Shown here: in pieces, positions 39,301 through 52,830 of the stretch
How the letters are laid out: every line of letters starts with the position of its first letter
Position numbering within the stretch: position 1 is the first letter of the stretch
DNA from: Octopus sinensis
Taxonomy: Eukaryota
NCBI RefSeq assembly: GCF_006345805.1
Contig: NC_043000.1
Location: 59,334,001-59,398,000, forward strand
Direction of reading: 5' to 3'
Length of the DNA stretch: 64,000 nt
Notes under the pieces: model-generated
Databases searched by the model: none
Seen by the model: the letters and a program-made list of their open reading frames with translations, nothing else
What the model was told of the DNA's origin: nothing
Position numbers and translations under genes: made by a program

Positions 39301-39340
39301 GAAGAGCACTTTATTCTTTTTCTGATGCAATGACAGGTTG
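35900..39340 (-). mobile_element. Decayed hAT (ZMYM1-like) transposase, split by a Helitron
   Basis: Colinear fragments FKDCQSQCYY (cf. DCRGQCYD), FGAIQSFIHYFS, ESESVWSCRTD (cf. SETRW), NKILIQTNHI.KRLQ and KKKQMPDENAKD; continues beyond 38467. Confidence 0.55.
37309..38466 (+). mobile_element. Non-autonomous Helitron, both ends intact (1158 bp)
   Basis: A|TC start at 37309; 3' hairpin cccgggcaacgccggg (38439-38454) then CTAG|T at 38463-38466; no TSD. Confidence 0.85.
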
Positions 39341-39348
39341 ATCTAGAC

Positions 39349-40725
39349 CAAAGGTTCTCAACCCATTTTGGCCAAAGCCCCCCTTTTGACCCTTGGAGTC
39401 GCAAATGCCCCCCCCCCAAATATTTTTATTTTTTAATGTAGGCTACTACTTATTTTGATATCAGGAGATAATGATTAAAAAATAAATGACGTCGTTTTAC
39501 ATATGCGTTTGAACGCAATCGGGAGTACAAATGTACAAATTGAAATGCAAAAAAACAAAAAAAAATTTTTAATAATAATAAATGGTCTTATGAATGCAAG
39601 TTTGTAATTGCGTTTATTTTCACCAGGCGGCACATGAGATCGACGTGTTGTCTATCGAAAAAGTGCTCTTCGTTACAAGTAAATTCCAATGAAATGAATT
39701 CATACCGTTCCGATTTCCTTTATCAAAACGGCTAGATCTTGTGCAACAATCTGACATATAAGTTATTCTCACCTGGGAAGAGGGTTTTTTTATGCTCAAG
39801 AAAGAGAGTGTATTTGATAGAAATTGTTGAAATACATATGTACTTCAGATGAGTAGCAAACTGTGGAGTATGGTATTCACTATACTTGGATCTAGTTAGT
39901 TTGAGTCACAAAATCAGCCTCACTCCCTTTAAAATGCAGTAAAAAATCTAAAAATGTCATTTTAAACATTCATTTCTTATTCATTTGAACCAAAGAATTT
40001 GAGAAAAAATTTGACGAGAAAGTTACACATGTTTAAAAACCGAAAAACTGTCTATTCTTAGCCAATAATAAACTTTCGTTGTAGCGAACGGTGTCAACTT
40101 TAAGGTTGTATCCTGTGTAACCTGTTCATTGTAGGTTTCTAAATAAAGATAGATAACTTATAAAGTCATTAAAAAATTTTTTTATATATATTTTTTGTTA
40201 TATTAATGTATTTGTCAGCGCAGCGAGTTCAAAATCGAACATATAAGTTGTCATATGTTGCTATGGTAACTAGCTGTTAACGCCTCGCTTTCTGTTGATT
40301 GGCTAAAATTACACATATTTTCCAACTTTACTCGAAATAACATCAGATTCTTTAATTTACGAGATAAAGTAATTGGTTAAATGTAATCAAAATACCGGAC
40401 TCCCCCATAGCCCAAATTTGAAAACAATCTGAGCAACATTAAAGGGGACTGATTTTGTGACTCAAAATAAATAGATCCTCTTTTTAAACTGACTGTCGCA
40501 GACATGTGAAAATATGGCTACTACTCGTTAGTTTCAAATTAAACTTACCAAAGATGAGGGTCTTCCAGTGCCCCCCCCCCCTTTAGCATCTCCCGCCAAG
40601 TCTCTTGACGCTACTCTAGCACTCCTTTGTTCCAAACGCCCCTCCCGAGCTCCAAAACGCCCCCACCCACGAGCTCCAACTGGCCGCGGGGTGGGGGAGC
40701 ATATGGCCACCTTTGAGAACCTTTG
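39349..40725 (-). mobile_element. Non-autonomous hAT (Buster/Charlie-type) element
   Basis: 13-bp TIRs CAAAGGTTCTCAA / TTGAGAACCTTTG with a perfect 8-bp TSD ATCTAGAC (39341-39348 and 40726-40733); possible transposase C-terminal remnant near 39620-39890. Confidence 0.92.
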
Positions 40726-40740
40726 ATCTAGACTCATTCC

Positions 40741-41019
40741 TGACGAATATATTTTGTTTGCAATCACATGTCTCTAAGTAAGAAAGGCGAACGTGTGCGC
40801 GATTTGACTCAATGCCGGCCTAAGGCTAGACAGACACGGAGTGGCGCGAATTTAGAATTTCTTCCTTTATATAAGGGATGGACCACAAGTCCCCGACTTC
40901 CACGTAAATAGGAAGCTTCCAGAAAGGTCTCGAACATTCTAGAAGCTCGATGGAGATTACTCTTGTTAAATCCCTTTTCCGTTTTGCTCGGCATCGTAGC
41001 CGCCAGGGATTACTATACA
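40741..41019 (-). mobile_element. Possible solo LTR
   Basis: Minus strand begins TGTA and can end in CA; has TATATAA and HSE motifs and is GC-richer than flanks. No matching TSD found. Confidence 0.4.
40865..40945 (-). promoter_or_regulatory. Heat-shock element array (7 pentamers) upstream of a TATA box
   Basis: 40911-40945 gGAAg cTTCc aGAAa gGTCt cGAAc aTTCt aGAAg, 6 of 7 consensus; minus-strand TATATAAAG at 40865-40873. Confidence 0.6.
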
Positions 41020-42548
41020 GGCAATATTTTTTAAAAATTAGATCTCATAAATACATTATTATAGCGTGAAGTGTCTGTGCTAAAGATGGCCTTATCCGGG
41101 GATTAAACCATGGGTTTATCTGAGGACAAATTAGAAATGGGGTTATTTATGTTGTTACTAATTTGTTTTACCACTGAGAAGAGGTATTCAATCTTTTGTT
41201 TGTATGGGTGGTTTCTTCATTTGATTTGTGGAATAGATAGTATTTGGTTGTTGTGAGATTCGTGCTAATGCTTTGATAATTAACTATTCTGACGTTGGTT
41301 TTAACAGTTAATTTCAAGGTTATCAGCTTTTTTCTAATACTATCTACATCGTATCCGTTTCTGCTGTGTGCTCCGCCACGTCCACCGTTTCTGTATAATC
41401 ATATGCTAACCTTTATTACTTCATTATTCAGCTTATTAAAAATAAATAAATAATGAGGCCTGCGATTTCAGTTTCATCATAATTCCTTGACGTCAAAGAG
41501 CTCACCATTGTTCTTTCCCTCATAAACCATTGTGGAAGAACAACGATTTTCTTAAATTCTTACGTTAACTAGCAGTACCAGTAGAAATTCTGCGGTCTAT
41601 TTCTGTGATACAGTGTCAACTACAAACATATTTCCTGTTTGTAATAATAACCGGTCATTTCCTTCATAATGCTTCGATGAATTTCTTCCTGCTTACTTAA
41701 AAGTAGTCTATCGATTTAAAATATAAATATACTATAAAATAATAAATGCACTAAGATCTAAGTAGTAATATTTACGATATGAATCTAATATTAAAAAATA
41801 TCGAGAACATTAAGACATATCATCGTTCCGTTACTTCGCAACCTAGGTGATGACACATTCACACACACACGCGCGCGCGCGGTCTCTCTCTCTCTCTCTC
41901 TCTGTCCTCCTCTCCCCTCCGAAGAAGGTCAAATATTCGAAACGTTGCATAGATTATTTCACTCTTCTCGACAAATCAATTCACTGAACCCTTCTTCTAG
42001 GAAGTCTCTTATTACATTAATTTTTCCTTACTAGTCATAAGACTTGTCAATTTTATTAGTTGATTAGCGAATGGCTTCAGTTATCAAATTACTGCTTTTC
42101 GTGTACCAAATAATATTAGCAACGTTTTAAATAGAATATGACAAGTTGTCTTTATACATATTCAGTATGTCAAAGACTGTTTAAATAATTATGGTTATTG
42201 CCAGAAGAACAGTATTTAATATTATTCCAAAATTTCTACGAAACATTGCTAAATTTGATTTTTATATTACAGATCGGTCTGCAATGGTTCGTCATAATTT
42301 TCAAACTACATTATGGGATGTCATCTTGTTGCATGTTCATTTTCATCTCTACCATCAACAATCTATTATTCATTACTTTTAAATCAGTGCCATAGCCACA
42401 GGAACCAGTTACAATAGTTTTTTGTCCATTAGAACTTGCAGACATCTGTATCTTTCTTTCGTTTAACTGAAGCACTTTGTAACATATTCAGTGCTACAGA
42501 AACATCAACTACCACCATCCACTCCAGCAAACAAATATGCACATATGC

Positions 42549-42633
<85 letters not shown>

Positions 42634-42636
<3 letters not shown>

Positions 42637-42712
42637 AGAAGTTAAAAGTTATGGCCGGATATAGAGTGACCAGTGGTTTCGCAGTGACCGGCCATAACTT
42701 TTAACTTCTTAA
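42634..42712. repeat. Short TTAA-bounded hairpin (25-bp perfect arms, 29-nt spacer)
   Basis: ttaagaagttaaaagttatggccgg ... ccggccataacttttaacttcttaa. Confidence 0.9.
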
Positions 42713-42791
42713 TATATTAATATATAACTGCTCTAATGCTTTAGAGAGTGCTTCTTTTTCGGATATATGAATCAACAACAGACGAAATACA

Positions 42792-42876
<85 letters not shown>

Positions 42877-42959
42877 GTCTGTCTGTCTGTCTGTTCGTCT
42901 GTCTGCCTGCCTGTCTGTCTATGTGTGTGCGTGCGTGCGTGCGTGCGTGCGCGTGTGTG

Positions 42960-45440
42960 CATCTACTACACATGTGGAAAATTCTGCCTGGGGGTGTGCT
43001 TGTTTGCGGAGTTGTTAGCTAACTCTTACTACATCGTTTTGTCGATTTTGATGAAACTTGACACGTGAGTAGAACTCATGTCTGAAAACTTCATGACATA
43101 CTTAGATTGTTGAAAAAAAAAAATCGATAATAGGGCCCCTGGAAGGGATCCTTATATATAACTAATATATTTTATTTTAACAGATAAGGAAAATAACCCA
43201 TTCATTTCCCTATATTATTTGGTATAAATCAAATCGAGTATGCTTATTTCTTAGTATTTGAAGTATTAGAGTTATTTTCGCAATTTATCCAGTACAACCC
43301 TTAAACAATTAAATAGTATTTTCCTAAACAATAGATCCACTTATTTCGGTTAGTGACTTATTCACGAATATACCATGAATGACGATGCCTTTCATGTCAC
43401 TTCAGCCAATTGACAAGCGCTGCATGAAGAACTGTTCTGCTTTTAGACAAACGCACTGTCAACACAAAAGTCACACCCTGTTTACATGTAGGAACACCTT
43501 TCTTAAAATCTATCTGTACATCTTGAAAATGGCCAGCGTGTATATTTCACAGAAGACAATCCTCAAAACATGGTTCTGAATCTATGAGAAACCACTTTGA
43601 CAGCTTTCTTCAAATTATGCCAATGTGATCTGTTTGCCCGAACACTGTTGTATTTAGAGGTCCTCGTGTACTATACCTGGGCATACAATAGATGGAACAG
43701 ACGCAAGCAAGGAACACGTATTGAGGGCTGGGAAGAAAATGCTGTCTTCAGAAGTGGGGCCATCGGGCGGGTGTACACTGTGCACCCTAATCAGCAGGAG
43801 TGCTTCTTTCTGCATCTGCTGCTACACACTCTTAGAGGTCCTACATCATTCACAGACTTTCGAAGACACAATGGGAAGTCTGCACGACCTATAGAGAAGC
43901 CTGCGCCAAACATGGACTACTGGAGGACGATGCTCACAGGGACCAAACACTGAAGGAGGCAGCAGTCAGCACTAAGTCAACTGCGCCAGCTATTTTTTTA
44001 TCATGTTGATGACATGTGGCTTGCGTGAACCTCACAAGCTTTGGGCGATCCACAAAACCACCATAGCAGAGGACATCTAGAAAGGATTCAAAGGCAAACC
44101 TCAGCGGAAATTGCCACGTTCAATAACGCCATTTGCAATGAGGCATTACTTGACCTGGACATCCGAGTGCAAGCTATGGGAGGTCAAGGCAATTCCACAT
44201 TTAATCTGCCTCAACCAGAGCAGATAGCAAACAATCTCGCAACTGAGTACCTGCGAGAAATCACCTATGACATCGAGGAAATGACGGTGTATCTGCTGAT
44301 AAGGAACACAAACTGACGGAGGACTAACTTGGTGTTTCGAGCATAAAAGAGGTCTTTTCTTTCTGGATGCTCCAGGTGGAACAGCCAAAACATTTGTCAT
44401 CAACGTTCTTCTGGCTAAACTGCGCCAAATGAAACACATTTCTATAGCAGTGGCGTCAAGTGGAATAGCTGCAACTCTGCTAAGTGGTGGCCGCACACCT
44501 CGTTCCTGTCTCAAACTTCCTTTGGACCTGTTCAAGAAAGAGAAGGCAAACTGCAACATCAGTCGTGGTTCTATAAAAGGGAAACTTCTGGGTGAATGCA
44601 GGTTGATCATCTGGGATGACGTGACAATGAGCCATAAGGTTTCCTTTGAAGCTCTTGACATATCCCTTCAGGATCTGAGACACAACACCAGGCTCATGGG
44701 AGGTTTCACAGTCTTGCTTGTAGGAGACTTTAGACAAACCAGTGGTTCCAAAGGGGACAAGAGCTGATGAAGTAAATGCCAGCATAAAGTCGTCCCACCT
44801 ATGGAGCAGTGTGCAAAAACTAAGACTCACAACCATCATGAAAGTGCAGCTCAATGGTGCTGATGCAGACAGAACCTTTTCAAAGCAACTGTTGGACGTC
44901 GGTAATGGCACATCGTTTGGTGGGAAGTATGGCCGGATAAGCTTGCCTTTTGAAGATATGGTATCTGATTTAAAGGAACAAATGAACACGGTGTTTCCTA
45001 ACCTGAGGAACCAGCTTACATACCACAACTGGCTGAAAACCCATACCATTTTAGCTCCAAAGAATGTGAGAGTAGATAATTTGAACTTTAAAATTCTGGA
45101 GCAGTTGCCAGGTGAGCGTCACATCTACAATTCCATTGATACTGTACTCAACATCGATGAAGCTCAGAATTATCCAGTTGAAGTCTTGAATAGTTTAACA
45201 CCACCTGGCCTCACACCTCACAACTTACACCTCAAGATTAGGACACCAGCTATACTGCTTCGAAACCTCGATCCACCAAAGCTTTGCAATGACACACGAA
45301 TAATAATAAAGAAGATGATGCCAACAATCTTGGAGACAACAATTTTGACTGGTAAAGTAAGCGGTGAGCCTGTATTCATTCCTAGAATTCCACTTGTTCC
45401 TTTGGATATGCCTTTCCGGTACAAGCGCCTGCAATTGTGA
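42960..45440 (+). mobile_element. Degenerate Helitron Rep/PIF1-helicase region
   Basis: IGRVYTVHPNQQECFF; FLDAPGGTAKT (Walker A-like); VASSGIAATLL; IIWDD; LVGDFRQ; LLRNLDPPKLCN; FIPRIPL. Frameshifted; 3' end lost. Confidence 0.92.
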
Positions 45441-45675
45441 AGCCGAGGGGATTGTTTATGAAGGTGAGGTGGTAGCCACCGCTGGCAGCCAGGGTAGCAG
45501 CCCAAGTAGCAATGGCATATCCGCAAATAACAACGACAACAGTGACAGCGGCGACGGTGATGGTGCGAGTAACAGCATAAGTGACAATGATGCATCCACC
45601 GACAACAGCAACAGCGACAATAATGATAGCAGTGACGGCGGTGGTGACAACAGTGCTTCAAGCAGCAGAGACAGT

Positions 45676-46010
45676 GGAGACGCAAAGGCCCAATGGTTAG
45701 GGCAGCGGACTCGCGGTCGGAGGATCGCGGTTTCTATTCCCAGATCGAGCGTTGTGTGTGTTTATTGAGCGAAGACACCTAAAGCTCCACGAGGCTCCGG
45801 CAGGAGGTGGTGGCGACCCCTGTTGTACTCTTTCGCTCCAACTTTCTCTCACTCTTTCTTCCTGTTTCTTGTCCCTGACTTCCTACGCAACCGCTGAGCC
45901 TGGATGCGCATTCATCCAACCGCTGATGCTCTCGGTGTCGGGGGTTGACCTGCTTTCTCTTCTGCGGGTCTTACGAATAGCAAAGGACCACATTTCGGAC
46001 TTCTCTCACT
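45676..46010 (+). mobile_element. Family-C SINE, preceded by a degenerate trinucleotide tract (45500-45670)
   Basis: Head homologous to 18615 and 1925. Confidence 0.75.
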
Positions 46011-46119
46011 ACAGAAGACCGCTTCGCTCAACATCAACATCAGCAGCAACAACAACGACAGCAGATCAGGACTTAACGAAGCAAGCATCGGCGGTGGTAA
46101 CACATCCCATAAACAGATA

Positions 46120-46330
46120 CGAAAATATGTCGGTTCAAACGTGAACAATCATAAATCCTCTTTTAGGATCCGGAAAGGCACAACATAACGTCCCTGACCA
46201 GCTACGTTTTGGTGCTCAAAAGAAGAAGAAACCCCATATATATATATAATAATTAAATGGAAGCTCCTTGAACAATCAGAGGCTTATATAAACGGGTGCA
46301 AACGATGTAAGCTTTGCTTGACTGAGAGGA
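46120..46330 (+). mobile_element. PLE GIY-YIG C-terminal fragment
   Basis: NNHKSSFR and IKWKLLEQSEAYINGCKRCKLCLTE, similar to the copies at 49 and 54 kb. Confidence 0.6.
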
Positions 46331-46689
46331 CAAGGGCAAAAGAAAAATCGCTCTACCCGGGGATCTTCAGTCAGTGCCCACATCTAAATTTTTTCTTACT
46401 TCAGATTGGAATTCCCTTTTCTTGAGTAGTACTGCCACAGAACCTTTAAATATAACCATGGCCAGAGCCAATGTAAAGGGGGTAACCTCGTCCCGTCCAT
46501 AGCATGGACAATTACATTTTGTTTGCAAAACCAACAGACCGTTAAGTATTTCTTCCTCCACTTACTAGAGAAGTTATGTACCTACAACCATTTGAATCTG
46601 ACGAGTCACCTATGCTGCTAAGCGCTTTATTGGATTGAAACCAATGATCACTCTATAAACGGGTATGACTTTTGACTTCCTAAATGGTA

Positions 46690-46829
46690 TATATATAGAT
46701 TTGACGTATATATTTAGCATATTAGGTGTCCACTTTGGTGGTCATTCCTCTTAATTTTGTGTGCGTATATGTATATATATATATATATAGTAATATATAT
46801 ATATATGTATATATATATAATATAATATG

Positions 46830-46877
<48 letters not shown>

Positions 46878-47099
46878 TATATACATACATACATACATAT
46901 ATTATATACATACAAATATATATATATATATATATACATATAGATATATATATAGGTGTGTGTGGTGTATATATACATATATATATATATATACATATAT
47001 AATATACATATATAGTATATATATATATATATATAATATATATGTGTGGTGTATATATATATATGTGTGTATATATATGTATATATATATATATATATT

Positions 47100-47153
<54 letters not shown>

Positions 47154-48960
47154 TCGGGGTGAGTACTTGATAATTATAAGCACCTGTGTTTGGTGGTGTA
47201 GTTGTGGAGTAAATTGATAAAATAAAAATAAAAATAAAAACATGAGGCGAAGGATTCAGCGGTACATATGTTCGTCGGGCCTTTATTAGACAGATTCATA
47301 ACCAATCATATGTATGTCTGTGGCCTTCTTCAGCCGCGCACAAACAGCTTCCACAAGGACATGTGTTACTTCGAAATTCTTGGTGGGATGCAAATCTTCT
47401 CGTTCCCGTACGACCATAATGCGGCAGCAGCATCGAATTGAATCGTCCATCCCTTTCTTCTCTCAATGTAGAATGAGGAAACTTGGATGTTGAGGTATGT
47501 AAATAAATAAATACGACGTATAGAGGTGAAGATGGAGGGGCGAGAGTTCGGGACGAGGGATAAGAATAAAATAATATAAAATAATATAAAAATTAGAGGA
47601 TAAAGATATAAAGAGTTTAAGGAATATGTAAAGGGGGTATACAGAAGTATAAAGAAATATAAATACATGTAAAGGCATAATGTTTTAAGTAAAAATAGAA
47701 AGGAAATAATAGTAAAAGAAGTAAAAGAACTGATAAAAACATGATAAAAGTGTAAAAGAATGTAAAGATAAGGGATGTATAGAGGTCGCGGACCCAGCAT
47801 GGTGGTCAGGAGATTGATAAAGCTTAGTTGTAGAACTGTCAGTAAATTAACGGTTTTCGTCGTAAATCAGAGCTGATGAGAGTTTAATCTGGTTCCTTGA
47901 ATTAAATGGACTTCCAGTACATACATATCATCATGGGTACATACACCCACATACACGCGTACATATACGTCTCCAAGTCTATAAGCAAACACACCACTCG
48001 CGTGTAAACACGTACATAAACACACACGCACCCACACGCACGCGCGCACAACACATACATACAACAGAATTCCGCATATATAGACGGACATTACGCGCGT
48101 ACACGCTCACATGTATATACGCGCGCCCCTCACTACATACGTACACGTATATGCCCACGTCTCTAGGTCTAGGTATAAGATATTAAAGGATGTGTATAAG
48201 AACGTATGTAAAGAATCCCGTACTCATGTTAATACGCGCACGCACACACGGCTGTGTGTCCGTATGTGCGTGCACATATATATATTCACATACACACACA
48301 GAGACACACGCGCCATGGGTATAGTCATAAGATATCGAAGTATGCATGTACATATACGCGGCGCGCATATGTATGTATGCGCATACACACGTACGCGGAC
48401 GCTCGGATACTCAAAAGGCGGATCCATAGGTAAGTAAATAAACATATATATAGGTGTAAATCGGTAAATTAGGGTAGTATGAGGGGTAAGGGTAAAGATT
48501 AGAATAAAAAATACAGTATAAAATAAGAAATACAATGTAATAGTTAGAAATGAAATATAAGAATTATAAGGGTTATAAGAGTTAAGGTAAGGGATTGAAA
48601 TGAAAATGAGAGTAAATGGCAGTAGAATAAACGTAAAAATAAAAGTAAAAATAAAATTAAAAATAAAAATATGGAAGTAGGATAAAAGTAAAAATAAAAA
48701 TGAAATAAAAATAAAAATAAAAATAAAAATAAAAATAAAAATAAAAATAAAATATAAAAATAAAAATAAAAATAAAAATAAAAAAATAAGTAAAAATATA
48801 ATTTTGTAAAGTTTAACATGAGATGGAGGTGGCCCACATATATATATTATGTGTATATGTACCACACATACACGTATGTGCACATACACACGCACACACA
48901 CACACACACACACACATACACACTCACATATAGGAAAACGGGATGTGCTGGAGCCGACAG
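46690..48960. repeat. (TA)n/(CA)n compound microsatellites and (AAAAAT)n arrays with PLE-like spacers
   Basis: Seen directly. Confidence 0.85.
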
Positions 48961-48989
48961 TTTGCACCGGTGGGAGGAATAGCATGGGG

Positions 48990-50560
48990 GAGTTGGTATA
49001 AGACCTAAGCATTGTATATTTGAAAGTATTGATAAGTTTATGTATACAGATGGTTTGAACTCTGACCTTTTGTTAATAAGATTGTGTTTGGTCTTGAATT
49101 CAAGATGTTCAGGAGTTCTACACAGCATAGTTGGCATCCTGCTCTATTATTTAAATAAGGTGCAGCTGATCCGATGATGGACCATCTGAGTTTGAAGCTT
49201 ATGCATTTGTCTTTTAATTCCCAAATTCTTTAGAGAGGGAGGTGCTGTTAGCCTTATGTCTATGTCTCAGCGAGGACCGGTGGTTGTAGTATCTGGATTT
49301 CCAGGAGGTTGAGCAACCAATATAGGTGAGTGTGTTAATTGAGTACTCACCTCACATGAGTATATTACGTTTTTCGCCCTGCATCGCCCTGCAGCGGGCA
49401 CTCTGATGCACATCTGCAGTTTGCATTGCATTGCATTATTCGGTCGTGTGCTGCTAATCCTAGGCGGAGGTGTTGCAATACGAGTGGGGGCGTTGGTATC
49501 CTCCTGCTGTTGTTGAGGTGGTAGTATTTCCTCTGTTGTGCTGGCGGGTGTTATTACTAACTGCTTGGGTATTATGGTTGCCAGTCTGTTATAATGCCTA
49601 CTGTCTAGATGAGGGGGTTCTGTTGGTCGCTATGGTTTGCTCTTGATCTAGCTGTTCTAATATTAATATAGTTGTGTTTAGCTCAGAGGCAGCTCATGTT
49701 GGACAGGGTAGAGTAGGAAATCCTAATAGTTTTGTTGGAGAAGATACTTCTATATTTGTGGGTGGGTGGGAAGTTGTTGGAAATTATAGAGAATTCTTTT
49801 TACATAACCTACCCCTAATTGCTAAGTTTAAAGGTATGTTTAACCATATGTATTTGCGTAATCTACTATTATCCCTTCTATTTCTCCTAATAGGATCTAT
49901 ATTGTTCTCGTCGGGAGGGTTACTATTGTGTGCTGTTCTATTAGTTCGCCTATTTCCTATACGTTGTTTGGAGTTTGAATTAGACTTATCGGTAGTGTGA
50001 GTTGAGTGCTGAGTTCGATTATAATTGGGAGTCTTATAGTCGACGGACGCTCCCGGTTGGTCTACATATGATATTCTCTGGTTATATCCGGCACTATAGA
50101 GAGCTTGGTTGTAGTGTTGAGCATGATTATTGAAAATTTCTCTATTAGAGGATAGTTTTGTCAGTCTGTCTGTTTTATATATATATAAAAAGCAATAAAG
50201 ATTCAAGTTAATTTAAATGAATTTACTTGAATATGGTACCTAACTTAGATGCACCAAAAAAACTATACGCTTTAACAATACAGTAATGTGGGGTGATTAT
50301 AAGCGAGAAAGAAGCAACAAGAATGGATAGTTTTTTAGTACAATCGTTTCATACAAGGACAGGCTTTATTAAAAGTTGCAAAAATTACAGCATATAAACG
50401 TGTCCCGTACTCATCAGCTAAAATACATGTGAGTTCTCTAGACATCCTAGTGGTTGAGGCTATACTCATGAAGTAATGTAGATAATTAAGTAACATAAAC
50501 AGATTTCCAAAGTTCATTAAAGTTCTTTAAAGATGATGTACAGTCTTATCACAGAATTTT
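48990..50560 (-). mobile_element. 5'-truncated Penelope-like element (Naiad-like GIY-YIG) with upstream terminal repeat
   Basis: ORF 49784-50206 ends RKYIWLNIP (cf. RNIIWFNPP); downstream CPLQG..NVIYSC, YIGCSTSWKSRYYNH, RIWELKDK, CQLC and NKRSEF. 50200-50560 is homologous to 55040-55330. Confidence 0.8.
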
Positions 50561-51501
50561 AAAAAGTTTTAATAGCATCACAGAGAAGGTGACCTAATCC
50601 ATAGTGCACATATGAATTTCCAGAGATATGAGGAGGGATTACATACTCACAGACGACAAATTTATCCATTGTTAATCACAACGAGGTGGGTCTCAATTCC
50701 TGCTTATTAGCATTACAGAGAGGGTGAATTAATCCTTTGTATAGATGCACAATTTCCAATGGTGTAGATGTAAATTTCCAGAGAAATGAAGAGGAATTTC
50801 ATATTCACAGGCGATAAATTTATCAATGGTTGAACACAATGAGGTAGGTATCAATTCTTGTTATATGATTAGGTATTTGCCACATTAATCACATTAATCA
50901 CATAATAGCAGTAATGTGATTAATGTGGCAAATACCTAATCATATAACAAGAATTGATACCTACCTCATTGTGTTCAACCATGATAAATTTATCGCCTGT
51001 GAATATGAAATTCCTCTTCATTTCTCTGGAAATTTACATCTACACCATTGGAAATTGTGCATCTATACAAAGGATTAATTCACCCTCTCTGTAATGCTAA
51101 TAAGCAGGAATGAGACCCACTCGTTTGTGATTAACAATGGATAAATTTGTCGTCTGTGAGTATGTAATCCCTCCTCATATCTCTGGAAATTCATATGTGC
51201 ACTATGGATTAGGTCACCTTCTCTGTGATGCTATTAAAACTTTTTTAAATTCTGTGATAAGACTGTACATCATCTTTAAAGAACTTAATGAACTTTGGAA
51301 ATCTGTTTATGTTACTAATTATCTACATTACTTCATGAGTATAGCCTCAACCACTAGGATGTCTAGAGAACTCACATGTATTTTAGCTGATGAGTACGGG
51401 ACACGTTTATATGCTGTAATTTTTGCAACTTTTAATAAAGCCTGTCCTTGTATGAAACGATTGTACTAAAAACCTATCCATTCTTGTTGCTTCTTTCTCG
51501 C
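50303..51501. repeat. ~1.2-kb fold-back palindrome (arms ~590 bp, 15-nt spacer)
   Basis: 50303-50896 mirrors 50912-51501; ORFs 50335- and 51137+ share a C-terminus; the right arm ends in (TA)n. Confidence 0.92.
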
Positions 51502-52020
51502 GTATATATATATATATATATATATATATTGATAAAAGGGTAAGATAACAAAAGAAAGAAAGAGACCTCAATATTATGTAAATAGAGGAAGGTGCGGTTT
51601 ATGCGACATGGAGAGATGGCTTATCTGGAAAAGCAGCTTAGACCCTACTACATGTCTAAATACAAGGACAGAGCTTTTCGGATCATGCCCACATGTGACT
51701 AAATTTCTGTTACGTTTTTGGTCCCCTAAAGAAAACGGATAGAACATGCTTTCTGTGTAATGTCCCAAGAAGAATTTATATATTTTTATATATTTTTATG
51801 TATTTTTATGTATTTTTATATAATTTTTATGACGAAAAATGCGAGCGATGTATAAGTACGCAGGCAAAGCAGAGTTATAACAGAGTAATTTCCCTTCATT
51901 TTTAACGGTATATTTTCATAACGTTTTCAAATAGCCAGATAACCGAAGAGATGGTGTTGTGGATTTCCACTTCGGCATCTGAAACTCAGAGTTTTATCTT
52001 GACTACGAGTAATGTAACAT

Positions 52021-52101
<81 letters not shown>

Positions 52102-52379
52102 ATATATAACTTCGGTCAACAATTTTAAATGTATTATACTCATTATGGATGCAAGCCAATATTTTTAGACTAATTTTTCACGCTAATTTCAAAATTTCAC
52201 TCCATTTGTATGCAGCACGTAGCAGTTTTTCAGTAGACACATGCAAACATTACATATTTTGTATATATGAAATCATAAAAGAATAGATATAAGGACACAT
52301 TTTTTAGAAGGTAAATAAGTTTATTAAGTTAAAAATCATCACTATCATTTTACAAAGAGTGAATACACAAAAAATGGGT

Positions 52380-52830
52380 CAGACAAAACAAAGTTAGAAC
52401 AACAGGGTTAGGAACTTTGTGATTTGGATTTCCTGCGGTGTTCCTGATCTAGTTGATCACGGTAAAGTGTCCTGCAGTAGTCAGCCAGCATACTGTCGTT
52501 CCAGAGCCATGGTACCGTTTCTCCATAGCACTAATGTCCTGGTGAAAGATTTCACCATGTTCATCAGACACTGCACCAAGGTTATCTGCAAAGAAATCCG
52601 AATGGGAGTCCAAGAAGTGAACTTTCAGTGACACGCGACACCCCATTGCTTAGTAACATTTCAGAAGATTCTTGATGCCATCCTTGTAGTCCATTGCCTT
52701 CTTGTCGCTCAAGAAATTGTCACAGATCCAATTGAAAGCATTCCAGACAGGCAGTTCCAGTTCATCGAATGTTGTCTTGAAGTTGACATCTTTGAGTACT
52801 TCTCTAATTTGGGGTTGACAAATGGGTGAG
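52380..52830 (-). mobile_element. C-terminal remnant of the same unassigned transposase family as 9905-10600
   Basis: MGCRVSLKVHFLDSHSDFFADNLGAVSDEHGEIFHQDISAMEKRY. Confidence 0.65.

Noticed and set aside
45364-45768. 134-aa Ser/Asp/Asn-rich ORF
   Set aside because: Made of a Helitron end, a degenerate trinucleotide tract and a SINE head.
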